20,000 nt of DNA from IMG/VR virus record IMGVR_UViG_3300032323_002498. The stretch is one strand, 5' to 3'. Shown one piece after another: positions 9,094 through 16,298 of the stretch. The notes beneath the pieces were generated by a model. The model was not told the DNA's origin and did no database searches. It was given only the letters and a program-made list of their open reading frames with translations. A program made the position numbers and the translations under genes. Position 1 is the first letter of the stretch. Each line of letters starts with the position of its first letter. The DNA comes from an uncultured virus (IMG/VR IMGVR_UViG_3300032323_002498) (Duplodnaviria > Heunggongvirae > Uroviricota > Caudoviricetes).

Positions 9094-9332
9094 TGTTGAA
9101 GATTGATGGACACGACGACGCGATCATCGGGCCTGCCCTGATATGGCGGAACAACACCATGGTGAGCGTCCTGGTGTACGACGCGGAAGTGATCCGCAAC
9201 ACGCTGGTGACACGTGACGCTATGGCCTTTGATGATGCACGTGAGTACATCGAGTTCAACATCGAGGGCGCATACATGGGGGAGCACACCCCCGTGCTGG
9301 TCTGGCCATACGACGAGTGGAGCGAGGAATGA
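9093..9332 (+). CDS. Small conserved phage hypothetical protein (79 aa)
   Basis: TGATG coupling to the primase stop and ATGA coupling to the helicase start. Motifs DGHDDAIIG and EYIEFNIEGAYMGEHTP. Confidence 0.8.
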   Translation: MLKIDGHDDAIIGPALIWRNNTMVSVLVYDAEVIRNTLVTRDAMAFDDAREYIEFNIEGAYMGEHTPVLVWPYDEWSEE

Positions 9333-10828
9333 ACATCACCAAAGTGTTCGGCCCGCCAGGGTCCGGCAAGACCACCTACCTGCTGAGCATCGTTGAGACC
9401 GAGCTGGCCAACAACGTGCATCCGATGAAGATCGGCTACTTTGCTTTCACCAAGAAGGCGGCTACTGAAGCGCGCGACAGGGCCATCCAGAAGTTCCCGC
9501 ACCTGCACCCCGAGACCGACTTCCCGTTCTTTCGCACGCTGCACAGCCTGGCCTACCGGTGCCTTGGCATCAGCACCAAGGACATGATGTCGCCAGAGCA
9601 CTACCGCGAGTTTGCCCAGGAGGCCGGCATTGAGCTGGCCATCGAAAACGGCGATGAAGAGTTCGCGGTCAAGGCCGACAACCCCATCCTCAACGAGATC
9701 AACATCGCCCGCATCCGGGGCGTGGACCTCAAGACCCACTACAACCAGTCCAAGATGGATATCGAGTGGTATCACTTCGAGTACGTCGAGCGGGCTTACC
9801 GGCACTACAAGGTGTCGCGCAACCTGCTGGACTTCACCGACCTCCTGGAGCACGTGCTGCTGGAGCCCGAGCGCCTGCCTAAGCTGGAGGCCCTGATCAT
9901 CGACGAGGCGCAAGACTTGTCACGTTTGCAATGGAGGCTGGTCGAGCAACTCGCGTTGCGAGCCCAGCGCGCCTTTCTGGCAGGAGACGACGACCAGGCT
10001 GTTTACACTTGGGCTGGAGCCGACGTCGCAAGTTTCCTGGGGTTTACAGGTGATGTCAAAGTCCTTGATCAGTCCTACCGAGTCCCCGCCAAAATCCACG
10101 CCTTAGCCAACAGGGTGGTCACCCGCATCAAGCACCGCCAGCCCAAGGTCTGGAAGGCACGCGAAGAGGTGGGCAGCATCAACTACTACAACGACTTCCA
10201 GCAGGTCGACATCAGCCACGGCAACTGGCTCATCCTGGCCAGCACCAACTACATGCTCACGGACATGCACGACTGGATCAAGAGCCAGGGCCTGCTGTTC
10301 GAGCGCCACGGACAACGCAGCGTCAGCGAGAACATCCTGATCGCGGTGCTGGGCTGGGAGAAGCTGCGCAAGGGCGGCGAGGTGCCGTTCCCCGTCGTCA
10401 AGCTGATCTACAAGTACCTGGATGGCGATTACATCAAGCACGGCCACAAGATGCTACGCACGGCCGACCCGAATAGTATGTACACACTCTTTCTGCTGAA
10501 AGAAAAGCACGGACTTCTTTCAGAGGAAATCTGGCACAAGGTGCTGACCAAGATCAGCGCGGACCGCCGGGACTACCTGGTCTCGCTCCTGCGCCGCAAC
10601 ACAAAGCTCACGGGCAACGTGCCCATCAAGTTGTCCACGATCCACGGAGCCAAGGGCGGCGAGGCGGACAACGTGCTGCTGCTGTCTGACCTGTCCACGC
10701 GCTTTGCGAAGGACTACGAAAAGAATTCAGACGACATCAATCGTCTGCTGTACGTGGGCATCACCCGCGCCAAACAATCGCTGCACATTGTGCTGCCAAA
10801 GAATGAACAGAAAGGCTTCCGACTATGA
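9329..10828 (+). CDS. UvrD/Rep-like superfamily 1 DNA helicase
   Basis: Motifs GPPGSGKT (Walker A), AFTKKAA (Ia), IIDEAQD (II), GDDDQAVY (III), QSYR (IV), TIHGAKGGEAD (V) and LYVGITRAK (VI). ATG 9329 follows GAGG. Confidence 0.95.
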   Translation: MNITKVFGPPGSGKTTYLLSIVETELANNVHPMKIGYFAFTKKAATEARDRAIQKFPHLHPETDFPFFRTLHSLAYRCLGISTKDMMSPEHYREFAQEAGIELAIENGDEEFAVKADNPILNEINIARIRGVDLKTHYNQSKMDIEWYHFEYVERAYRHYKVSRNLLDFTDLLEHVLLEPERLPKLEALIIDEAQDLSRLQWRLVEQLALRAQRAFLAGDDDQAVYTWAGADVASFLGFTGDVKVLDQSYRVPAKIHALANRVVTRIKHRQPKVWKAREEVGSINYYNDFQQVDISHGNWLILASTNYMLTDMHDWIKSQGLLFERHGQRSVSENILIAVLGWEKLRKGGEVPFPVVKLIYKYLDGDYIKHGHKMLRTADPNSMYTLFLLKEKHGLLSEEIWHKVLTKISADRRDYLVSLLRRNTKLTGNVPIKLSTIHGAKGGEADNVLLLSDLSTRFAKDYEKNSDDINRLLYVGITRAKQSLHIVLPKNEQKGFRL

Positions 10829-12702
10829 AGCGCGATACCAAGACCATGTCTATGTTCCCTCGGATTTCCGAGTGGCTGCCCCCACAGACATTCCCTAACC
10901 TGAGCGAAGCCAAGGAGATTGCAATTGACCTGGAAACCTGTGATCCGAACATGGAGTCGCTTGGTCCTGGCTGGCCTCGCAACGATGGTTTTATCGTCGG
11001 GTACGCAGTCGCCGTGGATGGGTGGGCTGGCTACTTTCCTGTTGCTCATGCTGGTGGTGGAAACCTGGATAAACGCCTGGTGGAACGATGGGTGGCGGAC
11101 GTTCTCCGTACCCCCGCCGACAAAATCATGCACAACGCCGCCTACGACCTCGGATGGCTGCGGGCCACGGGATTCGAAGTAAACGGCACGATCTACGACA
11201 CCATGCTGGCCGCGCCAGTGCTGGACGAAAACCGCTTTTCCTACAGCCTCAACAGCCTGGGCTTTGACTACCTCAAGGAAATCAAGTCTGAGCAGGGTCT
11301 CAAGGAGTCGGCGCAGGACTTTGGTGTGCACCCCAAAAAGGAGCTGTGGAAGCTGCCTGCCATGCATGTGGGCGACTACGCCGAGCAGGACGCGGCGCTG
11401 ACTCTGAAGCTGTGGCATCACTTCAAGGCGCTCATGCGCAACGACGAAGTGGAGTCGGTGTTCAAGCTCGAGACCGAGGTGCTGCCAGTGCTGGTGGACA
11501 TCACGCTCAAGGGCATCAACTTTGATCGCGCCAATTGCGAGCGCCACATGGCTGAGATGCGCAAGAAGGAGATCGCAATCCTGAAGTACCTGAAGGAGCA
11601 GGCCGGCATGCAGGTGGACATCTGGGCTGCGCAGTCCATTGCCACTGCGTTCGACCGTCTGGCCATCGAGTACCCCAAGACAGCTGCTGGCGCGCCGAGC
11701 TTCACCAAGAGCTTCCTGGACACCCATGAGCACCCCATGGCCAAGATGATCCTGGAGGCCCGGGAGCTGAACAAGACCCACGGCACGTTCTTGGAGCCGT
11801 ACCTCAAGCACAGCGCCAAGGACGGGCGCATCCACACCCACTTCAACCAGATGCGCAACGAAGACGGCGGCACGGTGACTGGGCGTCTGTCTGCGGCCAG
11901 CCCAAACCTCCAGCAAGTGCCCGCGCGCCACGAGATCATCGGCCCGATGGTGCGGGGCCTGTTCCTGCCCGAGGAGGGCCAGCTTTGGGCGGCGAACGAC
12001 TTCTCCTCGCAGGAGCCGCGCTTGTTGGTGCACTATGCCACACTCCTGGACCTGCCAGGCGCAGAAAAGATGGCGAGGGCTTACCGCGACGACCCGAACA
12101 CGGACTTCCACCAGATGGTCGCCGACATGGCCGGCATCAAACGCAAGGCTGCCAAGACGATCGGCCTGGGCCTGATGTACGGCATGGGCAAAGCCAAGCT
12201 GGCCAACAGCCTGGACCTGCCCATCGACGAGGCCAGCGAGCTGATCGCCACGTTCCACAGCAAGGTCCCGTTCCTCAAGGGCACGGTGGACGCCGTCATG
12301 AAGCGCATCGACCATCCGGCCTCTGGCGGCTCGATCCGCACGCTGCTGGGCCGCAAGTGTCGGTTCCCGCTTTGGGAGCCCGTGGAGTGGGGCGTGAACA
12401 AGGCGCTGCCGCGTGAGCAGGCCATCATTGAATACGGCTCACGGATCAAGCGCGCGGGCACCTACAAGGGCCTGAACCGCCTGATCCAGGGCTCGGCCGC
12501 AGACCAGACCAAAGCAGGCATGGTGGCGCTGAGCAAGGCAGGTTTTAATCTGCTGCTGCAGGTGCACGACGAGGTGGCGTTGTCTGTGCGCAACATCGAC
12601 GAGGCCCGCGAGGCCGCAGACATCATGGCCAAGGCCGTGACCCTGGAAGTCCCCTCCCGAGTGGATGTGGAGACTGGACCAAGCTGGGGCGAAGCCGCAT
12701 AA
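10825..12702 (+). CDS. polA: Family A DNA polymerase with 3'-5' exonuclease domain and no 5'-3' exonuclease; Leu762 type
   Basis: ExoI IDLET, ExoII HNAAYD, ExoIII YAEQD; TGRLS...PNLQQVP; motif A NDFSSQEPR; motif B RKAAKTIGLGLMYG; motif C QVHDEV. Confidence 0.97.
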   Translation: MKRDTKTMSMFPRISEWLPPQTFPNLSEAKEIAIDLETCDPNMESLGPGWPRNDGFIVGYAVAVDGWAGYFPVAHAGGGNLDKRLVERWVADVLRTPADKIMHNAAYDLGWLRATGFEVNGTIYDTMLAAPVLDENRFSYSLNSLGFDYLKEIKSEQGLKESAQDFGVHPKKELWKLPAMHVGDYAEQDAALTLKLWHHFKALMRNDEVESVFKLETEVLPVLVDITLKGINFDRANCERHMAEMRKKEIAILKYLKEQAGMQVDIWAAQSIATAFDRLAIEYPKTAAGAPSFTKSFLDTHEHPMAKMILEARELNKTHGTFLEPYLKHSAKDGRIHTHFNQMRNEDGGTVTGRLSAASPNLQQVPARHEIIGPMVRGLFLPEEGQLWAANDFSSQEPRLLVHYATLLDLPGAEKMARAYRDDPNTDFHQMVADMAGIKRKAAKTIGLGLMYGMGKAKLANSLDLPIDEASELIATFHSKVPFLKGTVDAVMKRIDHPASGGSIRTLLGRKCRFPLWEPVEWGVNKALPREQAIIEYGSRIKRAGTYKGLNRLIQGSAADQTKAGMVALSKAGFNLLLQVHDEVALSVRNIDEAREAADIMAKAVTLEVPSRVDVETGPSWGEAA

Positions 12703-12750
12703 TGAAGTCGGGGTGAACAGCAGTTGCCCCTTTCTTTGCGAGAACGACTT

Positions 12751-12782
12751 TGGGCCAGGGGATTGCCTCTGGCCCATTTTTT
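12751..12782 (+). terminator. Rho-independent terminator after polA
   Basis: 11-bp stem TGGGCCAGGGG 12751-12761 / CCTCTGGCCCA 12766-12776 with one G-U pair and an ATTG loop, followed by T6. Confidence 0.8.
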
Positions 12783-12792
12783 CCGATACACT
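12763..12792 (+). promoter_or_regulatory. sigma70-like promoter overlapping the terminator
   Basis: TTGCCT (12763-12768), 18 nt, TACACT (12787-12792). Same spacing and the same TACACTGC as the promoter at 5713-5742. Confidence 0.5.
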
Positions 12793-12819
12793 GCAAAGTC
12801 CACAAGAAAGGAGAATTAC

Positions 12820-13239
12820 ATGGTTGGAAGACCACCGAAGATCAGAGAACAAGTTGTGCCTGGTTATCCAGAGCCATATGCACGTCAATCGGTACGTGTG
12901 GCAGCCGCAAAGCGCAAGCGAGGTCGACCAAGGAAAAACGGTAGACCCAAAAAAGACAGGTACGACGCGGTTCGTGCATCTCCCTCTAAGCGTGAGGGTA
13001 AGCGCTGGATCAGTGTCTCTGTGCCTGAAGAGGCGTACTACATGCTCAAGGAAGTTGCAGCCTTCTACAAGGTCGGCATGGGCAACTATCTCTACAGCAT
13101 CATCCTCCCCGCGTTTGACCACGCCTACGAAGAGTCGCTCACGCTGCAGCGCATTGCTGCCAACAAAGAAAAAGCCAAACAGAAAGCCCAAGATGAAATA
13201 TCAAACCGAGATGACGTTCCCCGTAGAACTCACTTTTGA
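12820..13239 (+). CDS. Putative DNA-binding protein with AT-hook-like motifs and a ribbon-helix-helix-like domain (139 aa)
   Basis: ATG 12820 after AGAAAGGAG. Contains GRPPK, KRKRGRPRK and GRPKK, then WISVSVPEEAYYMLKEVAAFYKVGMGNYLYSII (strand-helix-helix pattern). Confidence 0.65.
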   Translation: MVGRPPKIREQVVPGYPEPYARQSVRVAAAKRKRGRPRKNGRPKKDRYDAVRASPSKREGKRWISVSVPEEAYYMLKEVAAFYKVGMGNYLYSIILPAFDHAYEESLTLQRIAANKEKAKQKAQDEISNRDDVPRRTHF

Positions 13240-13426
13240 AGTGCTGCCGGCCATGGTGGTAGAAGGCACGGAGTTGCCTGCACAGCTGGACATCACCAAG
13301 GTTCTGCTGACCATCGTCGGGCCGAGCGGAAAGCCGCGCCAGGTGGACATCACCAAGAGCTTCAGCGAAGAGCAAATCATGCTGCTCGAAGATGAAATCG
13401 TGGACCACTACTTCGAAGGCGATTGA
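13193..13426 (+). CDS. Hypothetical protein (about 77 aa, acidic)
   Basis: C-terminal part of ORF-track 12665..13426 with phage-like codon usage. Start is ATG 13193 or 13211, and the stop overlaps the next start (TTGA). Confidence 0.6.
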   Translation: MKYQTEMTFPVELTFEVLPAMVVEGTELPAQLDITKVLLTIVGPSGKPRQVDITKSFSEEQIMLLEDEIVDHYFEGD

Positions 13427-13641
13427 AGAAAATGAAGCTGACCGAAGAACTGCGCGCGATCAAGGATGTTTACCCCGCGATTGCAGAACTGCTTGAAGCA
13501 TCTGCACAGCGCCTTGAAGACCAGCGATTGTGGCGTGAAGCATGGTTAAATGCAGAAAAGAATGTTGAGTTGTTGACAAGTCATTTAGTTGTGCTAAGAT
13601 CAATTCGCAATCACAGAAAGGAGAAAGAGTGCAATGACTAA
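13423..13641 (+). CDS. Hypothetical protein (about 70 aa, helical)
   Basis: Coupled ORF starting at TTG 13423 or ATG 13432. Its 3' end runs through a promoter. Confidence 0.55.
   Translation: MKKMKLTEELRAIKDVYPAIAELLEASAQRLEDQRLWREAWLNAEKNVELLTSHLVVLRSIRNHRKEKECND
13573..13600 (+). promoter_or_regulatory. Strong sigma70 promoter with extended -10
   Basis: TTGACA (13573-13578), 16 nt, TAAGAT (13595-13600) preceded by TGn. Locally AT-rich and followed by the AGAAAGGAG RBS. Confidence 0.75.
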
Positions 13642-13888
13642 ATTACCCGACCCAAGGACCGATAAGGTCTTCAGAGAACTTGCCGCAAGCGGTAGGTACG
13701 TCAACACCGGCAAGGTGTTGATTGGCGTGTCTCACGTGCCACGGCCCATGGACATGTCCCAGGACGCAGAGCTTTTTCAAGGCGTCTTCCTGGGCACGCA
13801 TCGGCCAAGGTACAGCGTGGTAAGCGTCGCCTACGTGGTGGCGCTGGCTTTCGTGTTTGGGATTCTTGTTATCTCCAGCGCAACATGA
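13634..13888 (+). CDS. Hypothetical membrane-anchored protein (84 aa)
   Basis: RBS present. Motif YVNTGKVLIG and a C-terminal hydrophobic helix VVSVAYVVALAFVFGILVI. Confidence 0.75.
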   Translation: MTKLPDPRTDKVFRELAASGRYVNTGKVLIGVSHVPRPMDMSQDAELFQGVFLGTHRPRYSVVSVAYVVALAFVFGILVISSAT

Positions 13889-14370
13889 GAAAACGCAGTA
13901 AATACCGGCCACGCGCCGTGCTTCAAAGCCCTCTGGACTTTGTCCTGTCTGGCCTGAAGCCTGTGCGCGATATGCCGGGCATCTACCTGAGCGCCCAGCT
14001 CAAGAACCGCACTGCTCTCGAGCAGCTGCGCAAGGGCGAAGCGGTCAAGGAAGACATCGACACGTTGATCGGCGCATTCAACATCACTGAAGCGCTGGCC
14101 ATCATGGGCAAGGGCTCGGACTGGCTCGACGAGATCAAGCAGGGGCAAGACGCCCTGCTCGAGCTCTCGCGCCGGGGCGTGGCCAACAAGATGCGGTTCA
14201 TCATGACAGCCAAGCAGTGGGAACTGCTCAAGCTGGTGATGGACCTGCATGAGGAGCAGCTGGCGCAGGCCACTGTTCATGACATCGAGAAGGCACACGA
14301 CTACGTCTTGCGGATCATCCGCATGGGCAAGGCACGCGCCATTGTTCAAATCCAAAAGGAAACCACATGA
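13885..14370 (+). CDS. Conserved phage hypothetical protein (161 aa, basic N-terminus MRKRSKYRPR)
   Basis: ATGA overlaps at both ends and strong GC3 codon bias. Confidence 0.8.
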   Translation: MRKRSKYRPRAVLQSPLDFVLSGLKPVRDMPGIYLSAQLKNRTALEQLRKGEAVKEDIDTLIGAFNITEALAIMGKGSDWLDEIKQGQDALLELSRRGVANKMRFIMTAKQWELLKLVMDLHEEQLAQATVHDIEKAHDYVLRIIRMGKARAIVQIQKETT

Positions 14371-14516
14371 AAAAAGCTCTTATCGCCATCGGCCTGGCCG
14401 CAGCTGCAACCGCTGCCTGGGCCAGCTGCACAACCCACACCGTCATCCAAGGCGGGCGTATGGTCACCTGCACCACATGCTGCGTCGGTGGGCACTGTAC
14501 AACCACTTGTTTCTGA
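14367..14516 (+). CDS. Secreted cysteine-rich mini-protein (49 aa; not in the ORF track)
   Basis: Manual translation MKKALIAIGLAAAATAAWASCTTHTVIQGGRMVTCTTCCVGGHCTTTCF. AAGGA RBS, ATGA overlap, Sec signal peptide with an A-W-A cleavage site, and 6 Cys. Confidence 0.85.
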   Translation: MKKALIAIGLAAAATAAWASCTTHTVIQGGRMVTCTTCCVGGHCTTTCF

Positions 14517-14523
14517 GGTGCCT

Positions 14524-15099
14524 ATGACCAAGTCAGACAAAATCAGAGAGTATTTCCGCAAGCACCCCAATGCTGTAGTGGCCGATGTGGTCAAGAAGTT
14601 CGATGCATCGACTGGCATGACATACAAGCTGCGCAACCAGGTGCTGAGCAGCATGCACCGGGCCCCTGAAGTGGTGCCCGTGCCCGAACCCGACACAGGG
14701 CGCAAGGTCATTGTCTCTTCAGGGCAGCTGGCCATTGCAGCCAAGCTGGGTCTGAGCGCCCAGGACTTTGTCAAAGGAGGCATTGAGGGCGGCTTCTTGA
14801 AGTACGCAGACGAGCGCGAGCCAGAGACCGGGATCGACGAGACGCTGGACGAGCGGGCCCAGGACTACGGCAAGTTCAGGGACGGCGCTGCGCTGATGCA
14901 GGGCATCAAACGACTGCTCGCGGACCACGCGCGTGCGCATAACAAGACGTTCGCCGATGACCAGTGGGAAGCCCTGGAGATGATCGTCCACAAGATGGCC
15001 CGCATCGTCAACGGCAACCCCGACAAGGTGGACAGCTGGACAGACATCGCCGGCTACGCCAAGCTGGTGGCTGACCGCCTACAGGGAAATGTGCGATGA
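14524..15099 (+). CDS. DUF6378-like domain protein with an N-terminal putative HTH-like region (191 aa)
   Basis: ATG 14524 after GAGGTG. The C-terminal LDERAQDYG...HKMARIVNGNPDKVDSWTDIAGYA matches my recollection of the DUF6378 phage domain. Confidence 0.7.
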   Translation: MTKSDKIREYFRKHPNAVVADVVKKFDASTGMTYKLRNQVLSSMHRAPEVVPVPEPDTGRKVIVSSGQLAIAAKLGLSAQDFVKGGIEGGFLKYADEREPETGIDETLDERAQDYGKFRDGAALMQGIKRLLADHARAHNKTFADDQWEALEMIVHKMARIVNGNPDKVDSWTDIAGYAKLVADRLQGNVR

Positions 15100-15263
15100 G
15101 CGATTTACTCCCTATTTTTGTTGTTGGCTGGGTGGCGGCTGCGTGGCTCACCCACGTCATCACCTGCCTGACTGCTGCCAAGTGGGGGTTCCTTATCGCA
15201 GGAGCCATCTTCTTCCCCATCGGATGCGTGCACGGCACAGGCATCTGGTTCGGAGTGTTCTGA
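15096..15263 (+). CDS. Small membrane protein (55 aa; not in the ORF track)
   Basis: Manual translation MSDLLPIFVVGWVAAAWLTHVITCLTAAKWGFLIAGAIFFPIGCVHGTGIWFGVF. ATGA and TGATG coupling on either side, and two hydrophobic segments. Confidence 0.8.
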   Translation: MSDLLPIFVVGWVAAAWLTHVITCLTAAKWGFLIAGAIFFPIGCVHGTGIWFGVF

Positions 15264-15610
15264 TGTTCCACGTGCCTGAGAAATGCCGCGTCAAGCTCTC
15301 TGGTTATCCAGAGGGCGACGCCACCAACGGGGCCTTTGTGGTCAAGCTCAAGCAGTCCCAGACCGTGTTCGTCATCGCAAGTGACGGCGCAGGCTGGGAG
15401 CATGTGAGTGTCAGCCGCAAGGACCGCTGCCCGACCTGGGACGAAATGTGCCAGGTGAAGAACCTGTTCTGGGACGACGAGGACGTCGTCATGCAGTTCC
15501 ACGTGCCTGCAAAGGACCACGTCAACAATCATCCCTACTGCCTGCATCTGTGGCGTCCTAAGGGCGTCGATGTGCTGCGGCCTGAGTCCATCATGGTGGG
15601 CTTTAAGTGA
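15263..15610 (+). CDS. Conserved phage protein, His/Cys-rich (115 aa)
   Basis: ATG 15263 coupled to the previous stop. Motifs GWEHVSVS, PTWDEMC, QFH and VNNHPYCLHLW belong to a widespread phage family of unknown function. Confidence 0.8.
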   Translation: MFHVPEKCRVKLSGYPEGDATNGAFVVKLKQSQTVFVIASDGAGWEHVSVSRKDRCPTWDEMCQVKNLFWDDEDVVMQFHVPAKDHVNNHPYCLHLWRPKGVDVLRPESIMVGFK

Positions 15611-15624
15611 CCTAGGGAAAGTAC

Positions 15625-15654
15625 TAGACACAATTGGTACGGTACACGTATAAT
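15625..15654 (+). promoter_or_regulatory. sigma70 promoter for the distal small-gene cluster
   Basis: TAGACA (15625-15630), 18 nt, TATAAT (15649-15654), in the only sizeable intergenic gap of the accessory region. Confidence 0.75.
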
Positions 15655-15685
15655 TTAATCTCCAACCACAGAAAGAGAGAAAGCT

Positions 15686-15886
15686 ATGAGCGACAAAGAC
15701 ATCACGGTCACTGTGTACACAGAGACAGATTACCGCATCCACATTGACGAGTGGGACAGCGGTGGAGTCTGGTTATCTCTGCGCAACGATCGCGCAAGCA
15801 TCCACACCCCTCTGACACGCAAGGAAGCCCGGCAGATGCTGGGAGGCCTGCAGTCCATCCTGACCAAGGACGAGGTGGCAGCATGA
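15686..15886 (+). CDS. Hypothetical protein (66 aa)
   Basis: First ORF after the promoter, with a purine-rich leader AGAAAGAGAGAAAG and an ATGA overlap with the next gene. Confidence 0.75.
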   Translation: MSDKDITVTVYTETDYRIHIDEWDSGGVWLSLRNDRASIHTPLTRKEARQMLGGLQSILTKDEVAA

Positions 15887-16095
15887 GCAAAGAAGACGCC
15901 ATCAAACTCATCAAGCTGCTGTCCGCGCTGGAGTCGTGGTCGTTCAGCGCAAAGATAGACCTTCCCGAGTATCTGCACGAAGACCTAAACATCGCGCTGG
16001 AGAAGCTGGAGAAGATTGTTTTGGAGCAGCCACAAGAAAAGTACACATACGGCACGCCATTGCTGGACGCCTTTACCAAGGAGAAGCAATCATGA
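15883..16095 (+). CDS. Hypothetical protein (70 aa)
   Basis: ATG 15883 after GAGGTG, with ATGA overlaps at both ends (MSKEDAIKLIKLL...). Confidence 0.75.
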   Translation: MSKEDAIKLIKLLSALESWSFSAKIDLPEYLHEDLNIALEKLEKIVLEQPQEKYTYGTPLLDAFTKEKQS

Positions 16096-16298
16096 GAGCT
16101 GTCGGCCAATGCCTGGACTGCTGGTTCTGGTCCGACATGATTGCCAGGTGCGAGGGCTCCGGCCCCGTGCAGGCCATGTGCCTGAACCGCGAATCACGCA
16201 ACCACATGAAGTACACCGTGTCCCAGGTCACCTGCGACAAATGGGAAGACTCGCTGAACGGGTTCCGTGTGGACTCACCCGGGGAGGAGCAGGCATGA
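16092..16298 (+). CDS. Small Cys-rich, possibly metal-binding protein (68 aa)
   Basis: ATG 16092 after AAGGAG. Pattern CLDC...C...C...CDKW, with ATGA overlaps. Confidence 0.7.
   Translation: MRAVGQCLDCWFWSDMIARCEGSGPVQAMCLNRESRNHMKYTVSQVTCDKWEDSLNGFRVDSPGEEQA

Noticed and set aside
136..12315. Long antisense ORFs (136-1182, 1657-3162, 4369-5409, 7873-9078, 9032-9913, 10714-12315 and others)
   Set aside because: They shadow real genes on the opposite strand. High GC3 codon bias suppresses antisense stops, and they have no motifs or RBS.
12665..13192. ORF-track N-terminal extensions (12665 and 12724 starts; likewise 5718, 14488, 15089, 15751, 15936, 16016, 16927)
   Set aside because: They cross terminators, promoters or other genes. 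Downstream starts with an RBS or stop-start coupling fit better.
15096..15263. Holin assignment for the two-TM protein
   Set aside because: No endolysin or spanin is nearby, there is no charged C-terminal tail, and it lies among early-type genes.
343..15900. Two ORFs both starting MSKED (343 and 15883)
   Set aside because: They use different codons and show no further similarity, so this is treated as coincidence.
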